Shown here: positions 1 to 9,752 of the stretch, piece by piece
How positions within the stretch are numbered: the first letter of the stretch is position 1
How the letters are laid out: each line of letters starts with the position of its first letter
From: Candidatus Poribacteria bacterium
GTDB lineage: Bacteria > Poribacteria > WGA-4E > WGA-3G
Assembly (NCBI GenBank): GCA_965214095.1
Contig: OZ243938.1
Location: forward strand, 1,536,001 to 1,600,000
Length of the DNA: 64,000 nt
Direction: 5' to 3'
Position numbers and translations under genes: made by a program
The notes under the pieces: generated by a model
Told to the model about the DNA's origin: nothing
Databases searched by the model: none
The model's input: the letters and a program-made list of their open reading frames with translations, nothing else

Positions 1-461
1 ACAATGAATATTTGTTACGTATTGACAGACCTGGAGAAAATAACAAAATGTCTGCTTTTGTCAGTATTGGTGGATGGGAACCGAGAGCATCTTCTGTTGT
101 ACCTGAAACAAAAACATGGATTCATTTCGCAGCTACTTATGATAGTGGAGCCAATGCCGACCAACTGGTAGTATATGTCAACGGTGAACGTAAAGGATCA
201 AGTACACGTCCTGGAAAAGGGGCTGGTAATAATGATGCTGTTACTATCGGAACATGGAATGGTGGTTCATTTTTCATCGGTATCATTGACGAAGTAGCCA
301 TATTTAAATCTGTCCTAACAGAAGATGATTTGCAGACTATTATGGAACACGGTTTAGAGAAGACCATCAAAGGGATTGCTGCTGTTGAAGCAACTAATAA
401 ATTGGCAACAACATGGAGCACTCTGAAACAGAAGCATAGTATTCGTCGTGTGTCAAATTGA
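1..461 (+). CDS. LamG-like jellyroll domain protein, 3' part (runs off left edge)
   Basis: WIHFAATYD..LVVYVNG..IGTWNG..FIGIIDEVAIF LamG pattern; C-terminal AVEATNKLATTWSTLK motif; frame open to the window edge. Confidence 0.85.
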   Translation, partial: NEYLLRIDRPGENNKMSAFVSIGGWEPRASSVVPETKTWIHFAATYDSGANADQLVVYVNGERKGSSTRPGKGAGNNDAVTIGTWNGGSFFIGIIDEVAIFKSVLTEDDLQTIMEHGLEKTIKGIAAVEATNKLATTWSTLKQKHSIRRVSN

Positions 462-626
462 CATTCGTATTGAAAGTTCATTCCGTTTAAAACTGCTGAT
501 TTGCGATCAGAATATTGATAGGTATGCATTGAAGTTCCTATTGTCTATTATGAGAGAACACCTAACAAATCAATTTGATGATCAGGTACAAGATTCGATT
601 TACCTCGTTTGGAGGGGACATTATAT

Positions 627-2015
627 ATGAATAAATTACGGTTCCATTACCTAAGTTGGGTTGGAACCATTTTACTACTATTGCTAACATTGTCAGCATC
701 CGCTGAAGAAGCTAAGGTGTTTAGCCTTGAAGATAGTCTACAAATTGCAAAACAGAACAATCTTACTATTCAGGTAGTTGAACAAAACCTACAATCTGCT
801 GAAGCACAAATCAGTACTGCCCGCGCTATAATGCTACCAAGACTTTCTGCAAATGGAAACTATACCTATTTTAAAGATGTACAAAAATCAGTAATTCAAG
901 CAGAGGGTGGTTTTGGGTTTCCTATACCTGGCGAAAACATGGATGAAATGTCAACACCGAGTGTAGATAATGAGACTGAACTGATTGAATTGGAGTTTGG
1001 GGCACATCATAATGTTCAAGGTACAGTCAATTTAACACAACCTGTTTTCGCATGGGGACGCTATTATTACGGTTACCAAGCAGCGCAACTTCAGCATGAA
1101 GCATCGCAAAAAGAGTTAAACGCTGCTTATGAAAAACTCCGTATGGATGTAATTGAGGCATTCTATCGTGTGTTAATAGCACAAGAATTCGTTACAGTGG
1201 CAGAACAAAGTGTTGAATTAGTAAAAAAGCAACTCGGTATTGCGGAAACATCTTTTGATGCTGGTGTTACAACTAATTTTGATGTCCTTCGGGCAAAAGT
1301 CCAACTGGCAAATGCTGAATCACAATTAATTCGTGCCAAAAACGGAGTCAAAACAGCACAAAACGCATACAAAACCTTGCTTAACCTACCGCTTTCTGGC
1401 GAGATTTCAGTTGAAGGTTCTTTTGAAATAACTGAAGTCCAAGTTCAGCTGGATGAATTAATTAAATTGGCTCTGGAAACGCGTTCAGAAATTAACCGAT
1501 CTCAACTCAACGAACAAGCAGGTCAAAAACAACTGAGTATCGCGAAGACTCGTAGCCTACCTGATCTCGCTTTTTTTTCAAACTACCAAATTTCCCATAA
1601 CGAAAGACTTACGCAAATGAACCGAATCTGGAGTCTGGGTCTGCAAATCAATATACCTATTTTTGATGGGTTTGCTTCTCGAGCGGGTATAAAACAGAGT
1701 GAATCGGTCCTAAAGCAGCTCCAATTGGGAACAAAACAGGTTATGTCAACTGTAGAGTTTGAGGTGCGCAATACCTATCTCGCCTTACTTGAAGCAAAAA
1801 CTCTCATTGATGTCCAACGTGAAACCGTCGCACAGGCAGAAGAAAGTGTTCGCATTGCAAATCTGCAATTTGAGAACGGTATGATTACGACTGTAGGACT
1901 GACTGACACACAACTCGCATTGATGCAGGCAAAAGTCAATCGCCTACAAGCACAACACGACTATGTTGTGGGTTTAGCACGACTGGAAAAAGCAATAGGA
2001 CAGAAAATAGAATAG
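627..2015 (+). CDS. TolC-family outer membrane efflux protein
   Basis: Signal peptide, two OEP repeats (LSLEDSL..A..NN; LPRLS; INIPIFDG; GMITTV), GGAGG RBS before ATG 627, first gene of RND operon. Confidence 0.93.
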   Translation: MNKLRFHYLSWVGTILLLLLTLSASAEEAKVFSLEDSLQIAKQNNLTIQVVEQNLQSAEAQISTARAIMLPRLSANGNYTYFKDVQKSVIQAEGGFGFPIPGENMDEMSTPSVDNETELIELEFGAHHNVQGTVNLTQPVFAWGRYYYGYQAAQLQHEASQKELNAAYEKLRMDVIEAFYRVLIAQEFVTVAEQSVELVKKQLGIAETSFDAGVTTNFDVLRAKVQLANAESQLIRAKNGVKTAQNAYKTLLNLPLSGEISVEGSFEITEVQVQLDELIKLALETRSEINRSQLNEQAGQKQLSIAKTRSLPDLAFFSNYQISHNERLTQMNRIWSLGLQINIPIFDGFASRAGIKQSESVLKQLQLGTKQVMSTVEFEVRNTYLALLEAKTLIDVQRETVAQAEESVRIANLQFENGMITTVGLTDTQLALMQAKVNRLQAQHDYVVGLARLEKAIGQKIE

Positions 2016-2090
2016 GCATTGCTTACCCAAGAGATACTAATCAGACATGAAGGTGGATATATATCTACCATTAAAAGGAGAATTAGACAA

Positions 2091-3698
2091 TTGAAAAGAC
2101 TTTGGATTGGCATTATCGTAATCGCAGTAATCGCAGTAATCGCAATGTTCCAATTCTTGAAACCTGAAAAACCTGCAATTGAAGCCACAGATCAAACTGA
2201 CGTTTCTAAACCTGTAGAAATTAGAAAAGCCAAACGTGGAGAGATTCGCTCAGAGCTCCAGTTGTCAGGGACAATAGAAGCAGCATCACATGTGAGGGTA
2301 ATACCCAAAATCTCTGGACGTATTATTTCCCTATCTGTTACTGAGGGAGACCGTGTCAAGAAAGGGAAGGAACTTGCTGTTATTGAGCATGAGGAGTTAA
2401 CACTTGCAGTAGAACAAGCAGAGGCAATTCTTGAATCTGCTGAGACTGGGTACTCTCAGGCACAGCAACTTGCTGAAGTCCGCGTGCATTCACAGGTCGC
2501 GCAAGCAAAAGCACAACTCAAGGGTGCTGAAGTATCATTACAACAGGTCCAAGAACTTGCCAAGATTCGCACGGATACGCAAATAGATCAAGCCGAAGCA
2601 GGCTTAAAATCCCTTGTAGCAAATTTGGAAAAAATCAGAACTGGTGCGCGCGATGAAGACCGTCGTCAGGCTGAAGCAGGTTTGAATCAAGCGAAGGCGA
2701 ACCTACTTAATGCCCAAAATAACTATGCACGTATGCAACAACTTTTCAAAAACGGAGCAATTAGTCAGCAATCGTTAGAGAACAGTCAGACACAATTAGA
2801 TATTGTTACTGCCCAACATAAAATTGCTGCCGAACAAGTTCAACTTATTGATAACGGCGCACGGGAAGAAGACATTGAGGCAATGGAAGCACAGGTCGAA
2901 CAAGCAAATGCTGCTCTTAGACTCGCACAAGCCCAAGCCACTACAAAAACATGGGAAAAGGACATCGCACTGGCACAAGCACAAGTTGAAACAGCACACG
3001 CTGGTCTAATATCAGCAGAAGCATTAGAAAAAGCAAAAAGTTGGGAAGCAGAGATTACGACTGCAAAAACTGCACGCACACAAGCGAGTATCGCTCTTAA
3101 ACTTGCCAATAAACGACTTAGAGATGCCACAATTGAAGCACCTATTGATGGTGTAGTCTCACAACGTTTCTTAGATTTAGGTGGAATGGCAGCACCAACA
3201 GCACCATTATTTGAAATCGTAAATATTGACACAGTCAAAGCCACAACAGATGTGATTGAAGTCCATTTGAGTCAATTGGCATTGAATCAACAAGCATCAA
3301 TCAATATTGATGGAATCGATACTCCGATTGAAGGTACAATCACATATATCAGTCCAACGTTACAGCCGATGCAGCGTACTGCAACGGTTGAATTTCAGAT
3401 TGATAACCCTGAAAGCATGCTCAAACCGGGTATGTTTGCCAAAGTTACCGTGCCTGTTGACGTGCGTTCAGACGTAATTTTAGTGCCGCGTGTTTCGCTT
3501 ATTGAAGATTCTAGCACAAAAACGCAAAATGTCTTCGTAGTTGAAGCTGGGATGAGCCAACGTCGTCCTGTGGAAATAGGACTCTCTCGTGGTGGTGAGG
3601 TGGAAATACGCGACGGACTAAATGAAGGAGACTCTGTCATCGTTGCTGGACAACATTCTCTCAAAGTAGGAGAGAGTGTCACGGTTGTTAATCCTTGA
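2091..3698 (+). CDS. RND efflux periplasmic adaptor (MFP) with very long coiled-coil hairpin
   Basis: N-terminal TM anchor, lipoyl halves (PKISGRI..EGDRVKKG; IEAPIDGVV), LKPGMF beta-barrel motif; AGGAG RBS before TTG 2091. Confidence 0.92.
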   Translation: MKRLWIGIIVIAVIAVIAMFQFLKPEKPAIEATDQTDVSKPVEIRKAKRGEIRSELQLSGTIEAASHVRVIPKISGRIISLSVTEGDRVKKGKELAVIEHEELTLAVEQAEAILESAETGYSQAQQLAEVRVHSQVAQAKAQLKGAEVSLQQVQELAKIRTDTQIDQAEAGLKSLVANLEKIRTGARDEDRRQAEAGLNQAKANLLNAQNNYARMQQLFKNGAISQQSLENSQTQLDIVTAQHKIAAEQVQLIDNGAREEDIEAMEAQVEQANAALRLAQAQATTKTWEKDIALAQAQVETAHAGLISAEALEKAKSWEAEITTAKTARTQASIALKLANKRLRDATIEAPIDGVVSQRFLDLGGMAAPTAPLFEIVNIDTVKATTDVIEVHLSQLALNQQASINIDGIDTPIEGTITYISPTLQPMQRTATVEFQIDNPESMLKPGMFAKVTVPVDVRSDVILVPRVSLIEDSSTKTQNVFVVEAGMSQRRPVEIGLSRGGEVEIRDGLNEGDSVIVAGQHSLKVGESVTVVNP

Positions 3699-3775
3699 CA
3701 TATTGAATGCTTATACCGTGAATACGTAAAGACTGATTGCAACAAAAATTTTTACTAAGGAGAAATTTAGCATAA

Positions 3776-6700
3776 ATGTCCATTCCAAAAATGTCAGTTA
3801 ACAATCCAGTATTAGCAAATATGCTGATGATTATTATCATTATATTTGGTGTATATGCATGGATAACACTACCGAGGGAGTTGACTCCAGAAATTGCGTT
3901 ACAGAGTGCAACGGTTACAACATTATATCCTGGTGCATCTCCAGAGGAGGTGGAAAAACTTATATCTGCTCCAATCGAGGATGCGATTGAGGAAAATGTC
4001 AATAAAATCAATCTCATGCTTTCTACTTCATCGGAAGGCAGGTCAATTATTACAATTGATTTTGATGAGATGAGCAATCGTGAATTTGATAAAGAGATGG
4101 AGAATCTACGCACTGCTGTTGAAGGTGTAAATGACTTACCCGAAGAAATATTAGACGATCCCAAAGTGGTGGAATTGGATGTTGCTTCCGGTTTTCCAAT
4201 GTTGACTATAGTCGTCGGTGGTAGTATTTCTGAGGCACAGATGCGAGATATTTCTGAAGAACTGAAAGATGAGATCTTAGAAATCAAAAATATCGCATCC
4301 GTACAAATAGCAGGTCTGCGTGAAAGGGAAATTTGGATTGAAGTAAACCCCGATCGATTGAAAGCCTATAATCTTCCTATAGCAGCCATTAACAGGGCTC
4401 TGCAAGCGGGAAATATCAATTTACCTGCCGGCACATTGGAAATCGGTAATACAGAGTTTATGGTCCGAACAATGGGAGAATTCACCAATCCAGACTACAT
4501 TGGGAATACCATTATTAGTGTCCAACCATCCGGCACACCGATCCGACTTCGAGATGTCGCAACAGTATCTGATACTTACGAAGAAGCACGTACCCTGTCT
4601 CGTATTGATGGTAAATCCTCAATTAGTTTGAGTGTACAGAAAAAGAAAGAGGGTAACACTATTTCATTGGTTGCAGAACTTCGTGATTTAGTTGAAAGAC
4701 ATAAAGATAATCTACCTGACGGTGCTGTTTTAACACCTGTCAACGACTATTCGGTCATCCTAAAAGAACGGTTGGGAATCCTTGAGACGAATGCTGTATT
4801 TGGACTCATTCTTGTTATATTGATGCTATTTCTATTTATTGGATGGCGTAATGCATTATTTGCTGCACTTGGGATTCCAGTTGCGTTTATGGCGACATTT
4901 TGGTTCATGTCAATAGCAGGTTACACACTGAGTGGTGTATCACTGTTTGGTCTTATTTTGGTCGTTGGTATAGTCGTTGACGATGCAATCGTTGTCATTG
5001 AAAATACATATCGGCACATTGAGAGAGGAGAATCTCCAAAGCTTGCTGCAATTCGCGGCGCGGAGGAAGTAGGTTGGCCGGTCTTGGCTGCAAGTTTGAC
5101 AACTATTGGCGCATTTGGTCCACTCATGTTTATGTCCGGTACTTCAGGACAGTTTATGCGAATCGTTCCTATAATGGCGATTATTGTTTTAGTTGCATCA
5201 CTGTTTGAAGTCTTTGTCATTCTGCCAGCACACGTATCAGAATGGGGAAAAGCAAGACCGCAAACTGGCAGAAGTAGACTGGAAGCACTTCGAACAAGAT
5301 CACGCAATGTCTTCAGTCTCACGATCATCATAGCAGGATTCTTTGCGTGGTTTGCCACGATTTTTGACATCATCCGAAGAAGATATGTCAGAATCCTAAA
5401 ACTTACAATACGCAGCAGGTATGTTTTTGTAAGTAGTGTCATCTTGATTGGCATGGTTACATGTGTAGGGGCATTTTCTGTTCTTGACAAAGAACTCTTT
5501 CCAGGTGAAGATTTTCCACAATTTTATGTCAAAGCAGAGATGCCACCATCCTACGGTATTCAGGAGACAACAGCTGTAATCGCTCAACTTGAAGATGCAG
5601 CAAAGAAACTCCCAGAAAGCGAGATCGCTGCAATTGTAAGCAATATCGGTTTACATACACCTACTGCCGGACTAGTAGAAGGCATTACTTATGGATCAAA
5701 TTTTGGAGAACTTATCATTGAGCTTGTCCCAAAACAGGAACGGACACGGGATACTGACCAGATTATTGCTTCACTACGTGAAAACACTACCAATATAAGT
5801 GGAATTGAAGAACTCAATTTTGTCAAACTTCAAGGTGGTCCACCACAAGGACAGGATGTCGAGGTGAAGGTTAAAGGAACGTATTTTTCACAGTTAGTTG
5901 AAATTGCAGATCGATTGAAAGTGACATTAGGTGAAATTGATGGCGTTGAAGATATCAGAGATGATTTCCGAATTGGTAAATCTGAATTACGAATCTATCT
6001 AAAACCTGAAAAAGCAGCACTGTTTGGAATGACTACTATGCAAGTTGCTCAGACTGTTCGTAATGCAATTGAAGGTGCGAAAGCCACAACCTATCGTGAA
6101 GCGGATGAAGCAATTGATGTCGTTGTCAAATATAGGGAAGACCGTCTACAAACAATCGCGGAATTGAAGGATTTATTGATCACAACGCCTATAGGAACGA
6201 TTATTCCACTAAAAGATGTAGCAGTTATTGCTGAGGAAAAAGGATATGCGGATATAAGAAGGTTTGAAGGGGAACGTGCTATTACTGTATATGCATCTGT
6301 TGATAGAACAAAAACTTCTCCCTTCCAAGTCAATGAAATCCTCAGGAGTTCTTTTGCAGATATTGAAGCATTATATCCAGGATATCGGCTTGATTTTCGT
6401 GGTGTATTTGACGAAATCATACAATCTTTTTCGGAATTATGGAAACTCTTTATTGTCGGAGTCCTTGTTATCTATGTGATATTAGGTGCACAATTCAAAT
6501 CATTTACACAACCGGTAATTATCTTGTTTGCTGTGCCGTTTGGAATGATAGGTGCTATGGTTGGGTTGCTCCTTTCCAATGCTACACTTAGCATGGTTGC
6601 GATGTTTGGTATTGTTGCACTCACAGGAATTGTGGTTAACGATTCTATTGTGTTAATTGATTTTATCAACAAATACCGTGCACTCGGTTTCAACAGATGG

Positions 6701-7003
6701 TATGCTATATTAAAGGGTGGAAGTATCCGTTTACGACCAATCATTCTAACTTCATTGACAACGATTTTCGGACTTTTACCGATGTCACTTGGATTTGGTG
6801 GAAAATCTCCTATCTGGACACCTATGGCAAATACAATTATCTTCGGTCTTGCATTTGCAACGCTTATGACACTGTTTGTTATGCCTTCTTTATATGCTAT
6901 CACAACTGACATAGGTAATGTATTTCGGAGAAAGACTGAGGAAGGGTATGACACTGTTCCAGACAGAGATATGTTAGACGCTGCTGCCCCTGCTGATGAT
7001 TAA
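3776..7003 (+). CDS. RND efflux permease (AcrB/AcrD/AcrF family)
   Basis: 1075 aa; YPGASPEEVE, GIVVDDAIVVIEN, RLRPIILTSLTT signature motifs. Confidence 0.96.
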   Translation: MSIPKMSVNNPVLANMLMIIIIIFGVYAWITLPRELTPEIALQSATVTTLYPGASPEEVEKLISAPIEDAIEENVNKINLMLSTSSEGRSIITIDFDEMSNREFDKEMENLRTAVEGVNDLPEEILDDPKVVELDVASGFPMLTIVVGGSISEAQMRDISEELKDEILEIKNIASVQIAGLREREIWIEVNPDRLKAYNLPIAAINRALQAGNINLPAGTLEIGNTEFMVRTMGEFTNPDYIGNTIISVQPSGTPIRLRDVATVSDTYEEARTLSRIDGKSSISLSVQKKKEGNTISLVAELRDLVERHKDNLPDGAVLTPVNDYSVILKERLGILETNAVFGLILVILMLFLFIGWRNALFAALGIPVAFMATFWFMSIAGYTLSGVSLFGLILVVGIVVDDAIVVIENTYRHIERGESPKLAAIRGAEEVGWPVLAASLTTIGAFGPLMFMSGTSGQFMRIVPIMAIIVLVASLFEVFVILPAHVSEWGKARPQTGRSRLEALRTRSRNVFSLTIIIAGFFAWFATIFDIIRRRYVRILKLTIRSRYVFVSSVILIGMVTCVGAFSVLDKELFPGEDFPQFYVKAEMPPSYGIQETTAVIAQLEDAAKKLPESEIAAIVSNIGLHTPTAGLVEGITYGSNFGELIIELVPKQERTRDTDQIIASLRENTTNISGIEELNFVKLQGGPPQGQDVEVKVKGTYFSQLVEIADRLKVTLGEIDGVEDIRDDFRIGKSELRIYLKPEKAALFGMTTMQVAQTVRNAIEGAKATTYREADEAIDVVVKYREDRLQTIAELKDLLITTPIGTIIPLKDVAVIAEEKGYADIRRFEGERAITVYASVDRTKTSPFQVNEILRSSFADIEALYPGYRLDFRGVFDEIIQSFSELWKLFIVGVLVIYVILGAQFKSFTQPVIILFAVPFGMIGAMVGLLLSNATLSMVAMFGIVALTGIVVNDSIVLIDFINKYRALGFNRWYAILKGGSIRLRPIILTSLTTIFGLLPMSLGFGGKSPIWTPMANTIIFGLAFATLMTLFVMPSLYAITTDIGNVFRRKTEEGYDTVPDRDMLDAAAPADD

Positions 7004-7073
7004 ACAAAATGCATGAAGAAATCTATTTTACTCGGTATATAAGACTCTATAGTAAATCATAAAGGAATGAGAT

Positions 7074-8033
7074 ATGAAAATTGCTTTTATTGGTGTAGGT
7101 GGTATAGCTGGAAATTACCGTGGAAGTCTCAGACGTTTGGAGCGTCCTATTGCTGCGATATGTGATATCAACGCAGATCGCGCTGAATCTGTTGCCAGTG
7201 ATGAAAACGCAACAGCATACACTAACCATCAAGATATGCTACAGAAAGAGAAGCCGGATGTTGTATTTACTTGTATTCCGCCCGGTGCACACGACACACA
7301 AGTCGCTGATGCTGCAAAATCCGGGGCTGCAGTCTTTGTTGCGAAACCGGTTGCCCAGGATCTGAATACAGGTAAAAACGCTCGTGATGCAATTGCAGAT
7401 TCAGGTGTCATCAATCAAGTCGGATATATGGCGCGGTATAGTGACATCACTGACAAATCGAAAGAGTTAATCGGGGATAGAGAACTTTCAATGGGGATTG
7501 GCAGATTTTTCGCTCGGATGGGTGCAAATCATCCGTGGTGGGGGAAATTTGAGGTATCCATTGGACAGATGGTTGAACAGACAACACATGTATTCGATCT
7601 TATCCGCTACTTCTTAGGAGATGTTGAGACTGTCCAAGCATTCGGCATCAAAGGCGTATCTGATGATATTGCTGACTTTGAGGAGTGTACTGTCTGTAAT
7701 CTGAAGTTTACGAGTGGAGCCGTAGCAAGCATTACAAGCACTTGTGTGGCGCGTGCACATGAGGGTTTCGCCACCGAGTTGGTTGGGGATGACATCTACC
7801 TCAAACTCACACACGATTTAGGATTACGGGGACAGGTTGCGGGTGAAAGTGTAGAATATACCGGTTCTGAAGCAGGATATTTCCGTCAGGTGGAGCAGTT
7901 TATCAAAGCCGTTGAAGCAAATGACCAAAATATGGTGCGATCATCTTATGCAGATGCATATAAGACGTTTGCTGTTACACTTGCAGCCAATCGTTCGTTA
8001 GAAACAGGACAGGTTGAACAGGTCAAAATATGA
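7074..8033 (+). CDS. Gfo/Idh/MocA family oxidoreductase
   Basis: IAFIGVGGIA Rossmann motif, VFVAKP (EKP-like), VGYMARY, THVFDL. Confidence 0.9.
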   Translation: MKIAFIGVGGIAGNYRGSLRRLERPIAAICDINADRAESVASDENATAYTNHQDMLQKEKPDVVFTCIPPGAHDTQVADAAKSGAAVFVAKPVAQDLNTGKNARDAIADSGVINQVGYMARYSDITDKSKELIGDRELSMGIGRFFARMGANHPWWGKFEVSIGQMVEQTTHVFDLIRYFLGDVETVQAFGIKGVSDDIADFEECTVCNLKFTSGAVASITSTCVARAHEGFATELVGDDIYLKLTHDLGLRGQVAGESVEYTGSEAGYFRQVEQFIKAVEANDQNMVRSSYADAYKTFAVTLAANRSLETGQVEQVKI

Positions 8034-8068
8034 ACACTGTAAAAGTGTTGCATCAGTTGGAAATGGTA

Positions 8069-8485
8069 TCAGGAAACAATCAAAGATTTATCCAGTAGTA
8101 TCCAGGAACGTCTATCTTTCTTAGGGAATGGAAAAGGATTTTTGTATGTACGGACATTTGTAATATGAATAAGTGTGGCATACTTGGCAAAAGTCCATTT
8201 TTCTCTAAATTCTTCAAACCCCATGTCAACAAAGATTTCTCTATGATAATGAGATCTGATGTTGTGTAGTCTTTCGGTGGTTAAGTCTTCGTAAGTCTCT
8301 ATTTTGGAAGCGATGAATTGTCCTTTGACAAGTCCTACGTTTTCCTTCATGTAGACAACATCTCCTTCACTGATTTTTCCGTAGGGCGCACACCGAACTT
8401 TGGAAAGTCTACTGTCAATAGTTTTCTTGCCATCTAAGATAAGGTCAAGCCAAGGTTGTGTGAAAATAGCGAGATGATATTGCAT
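8069..8485 (-). CDS. ASCH domain protein
   Basis: HLAIFTQPWLDLILDGKKTIDSR ... GDVVY ASCH/PUA-like signature; start taken at MQYHL. Confidence 0.82.
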   Translation of the reverse strand: MQYHLAIFTQPWLDLILDGKKTIDSRLSKVRCAPYGKISEGDVVYMKENVGLVKGQFIASKIETYEDLTTERLHNIRSHYHREIFVDMGFEEFREKWTFAKYATLIHITNVRTYKNPFPFPKKDRRSWILLDKSLIVS

Positions 8486-8725
8486 TATTGCGTTCCGTAT
8501 CCGATTGATTATTTTGTATAGTACCATTTCTATAAATGTTTATCCCATTAACATTTGTTAAGAATGTCTTGAAGGACGGCACAAACTGGCAGTTTGTGCT
8601 ACAAAAATGTGGTGTTTTCTATTAGAAATGGTATAACAAGTTCTTTTTTAAATTGTGGCATAGAATGTCCGATGTACAATGTATTGTACAACAGCAAACG
8701 GCATATTTACAGGAATGGTATTACT

Positions 8726-9241
8726 ATGGATAAAGATGATTTTGTAGATTTACATGAAGACATTTATATACTTGAGGCAGTAGGTTTGAATCGCATTGCT
8801 TATGCAGACGGTATCTTGAGAGCTGCGGCTGTAGAAATAGATTCTCGTCTTGCTTATTCTGTATCATCTGAGCAAATAACTTATGTAACAGAAAAGACAC
8901 CGTTTATGGAGTTGTATCCGGATCCGAAACAAGTTTCAGTGATGCGGATGTTGATCGCTGATGGAACATTGCGAGAGATTCGGTTGTTGGATTCTGAAGT
9001 GCAACAAGAATTGCGCAATCACTGGGCTAATCTCCATTTTGGAGAAGATGACCCTACAAAATTAGAAGCAGATCAACTCAAGTATGGACGCATATTGATG
9101 AATTGTAGCAATACTGGCTTTGAAGCATTGGATAAGACATTAATCCCTGAACCTAATCAAGAAAGCAGATATTGGGATAGAATGGTTGAAGTAGCGGATT
9201 CACTAAAAGGCTTAAACGCTGCAAAACATATCTTTTCTTAG
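8726..9241 (+). CDS. hypothetical protein (acidic, about 171 aa)
   Basis: ORF with protein-like composition from ATG 8726; no motif recognised. Confidence 0.6.
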   Translation: MDKDDFVDLHEDIYILEAVGLNRIAYADGILRAAAVEIDSRLAYSVSSEQITYVTEKTPFMELYPDPKQVSVMRMLIADGTLREIRLLDSEVQQELRNHWANLHFGEDDPTKLEADQLKYGRILMNCSNTGFEALDKTLIPEPNQESRYWDRMVEVADSLKGLNAAKHIFS

Positions 9242-9254
9242 GTATTGTGGTAGT

Positions 9255-9737
9255 TCAAATTTCATATATTTTCGCATCCCGTGTTGTCATATCCACAACT
9301 GCGATTGTTGCTTTCCCCGTTGTCCAACCTCCTGTTTCACCGGGATTGAGTAGTAATGCTTTTTCTTTACTTATTTCAATTTTATGCGTGTGTCCGTAGA
9401 CAACGATGTCATATTCACCACTCTTTGCGATGGGGATGGCAAGTTCAGGATAGTGCATGACGGCAATGGACATATCACCAAGTGATGTGCTTGCAAGATT
9501 TGGATGTACTTCACCGATTGCTTCAAACTTTTTAGCAAGGACAACACGTTCTCCATCGTTGTTGCCAAAAACACCAACAACACGACAGTTTAAATCTGCT
9601 AATGGGTCAATTGCAAATGGTGCGATAAAATCCCCAGCATGGACTACTAAATCTACACCAATATCGTTGAATATTTCTACTGCACGTTTGACATTTGGGA
9701 TGTTGTCGTGACTGTCGGACATAACACCAAGTTTCAT
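9255..9737 (-). CDS. metallophosphoesterase (YfcE/MJ0936 family)
   Basis: SDSH, HAGD, GNND, GHTH, LNPG motifs. Confidence 0.92.
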   Translation of the reverse strand: MKLGVMSDSHDNIPNVKRAVEIFNDIGVDLVVHAGDFIAPFAIDPLADLNCRVVGVFGNNDGERVVLAKKFEAIGEVHPNLASTSLGDMSIAVMHYPELAIPIAKSGEYDIVVYGHTHKIEISKEKALLLNPGETGGWTTGKATIAVVDMTTRDAKIYEI

Positions 9738-9752
9738 ATTAATTCCTTCCTT

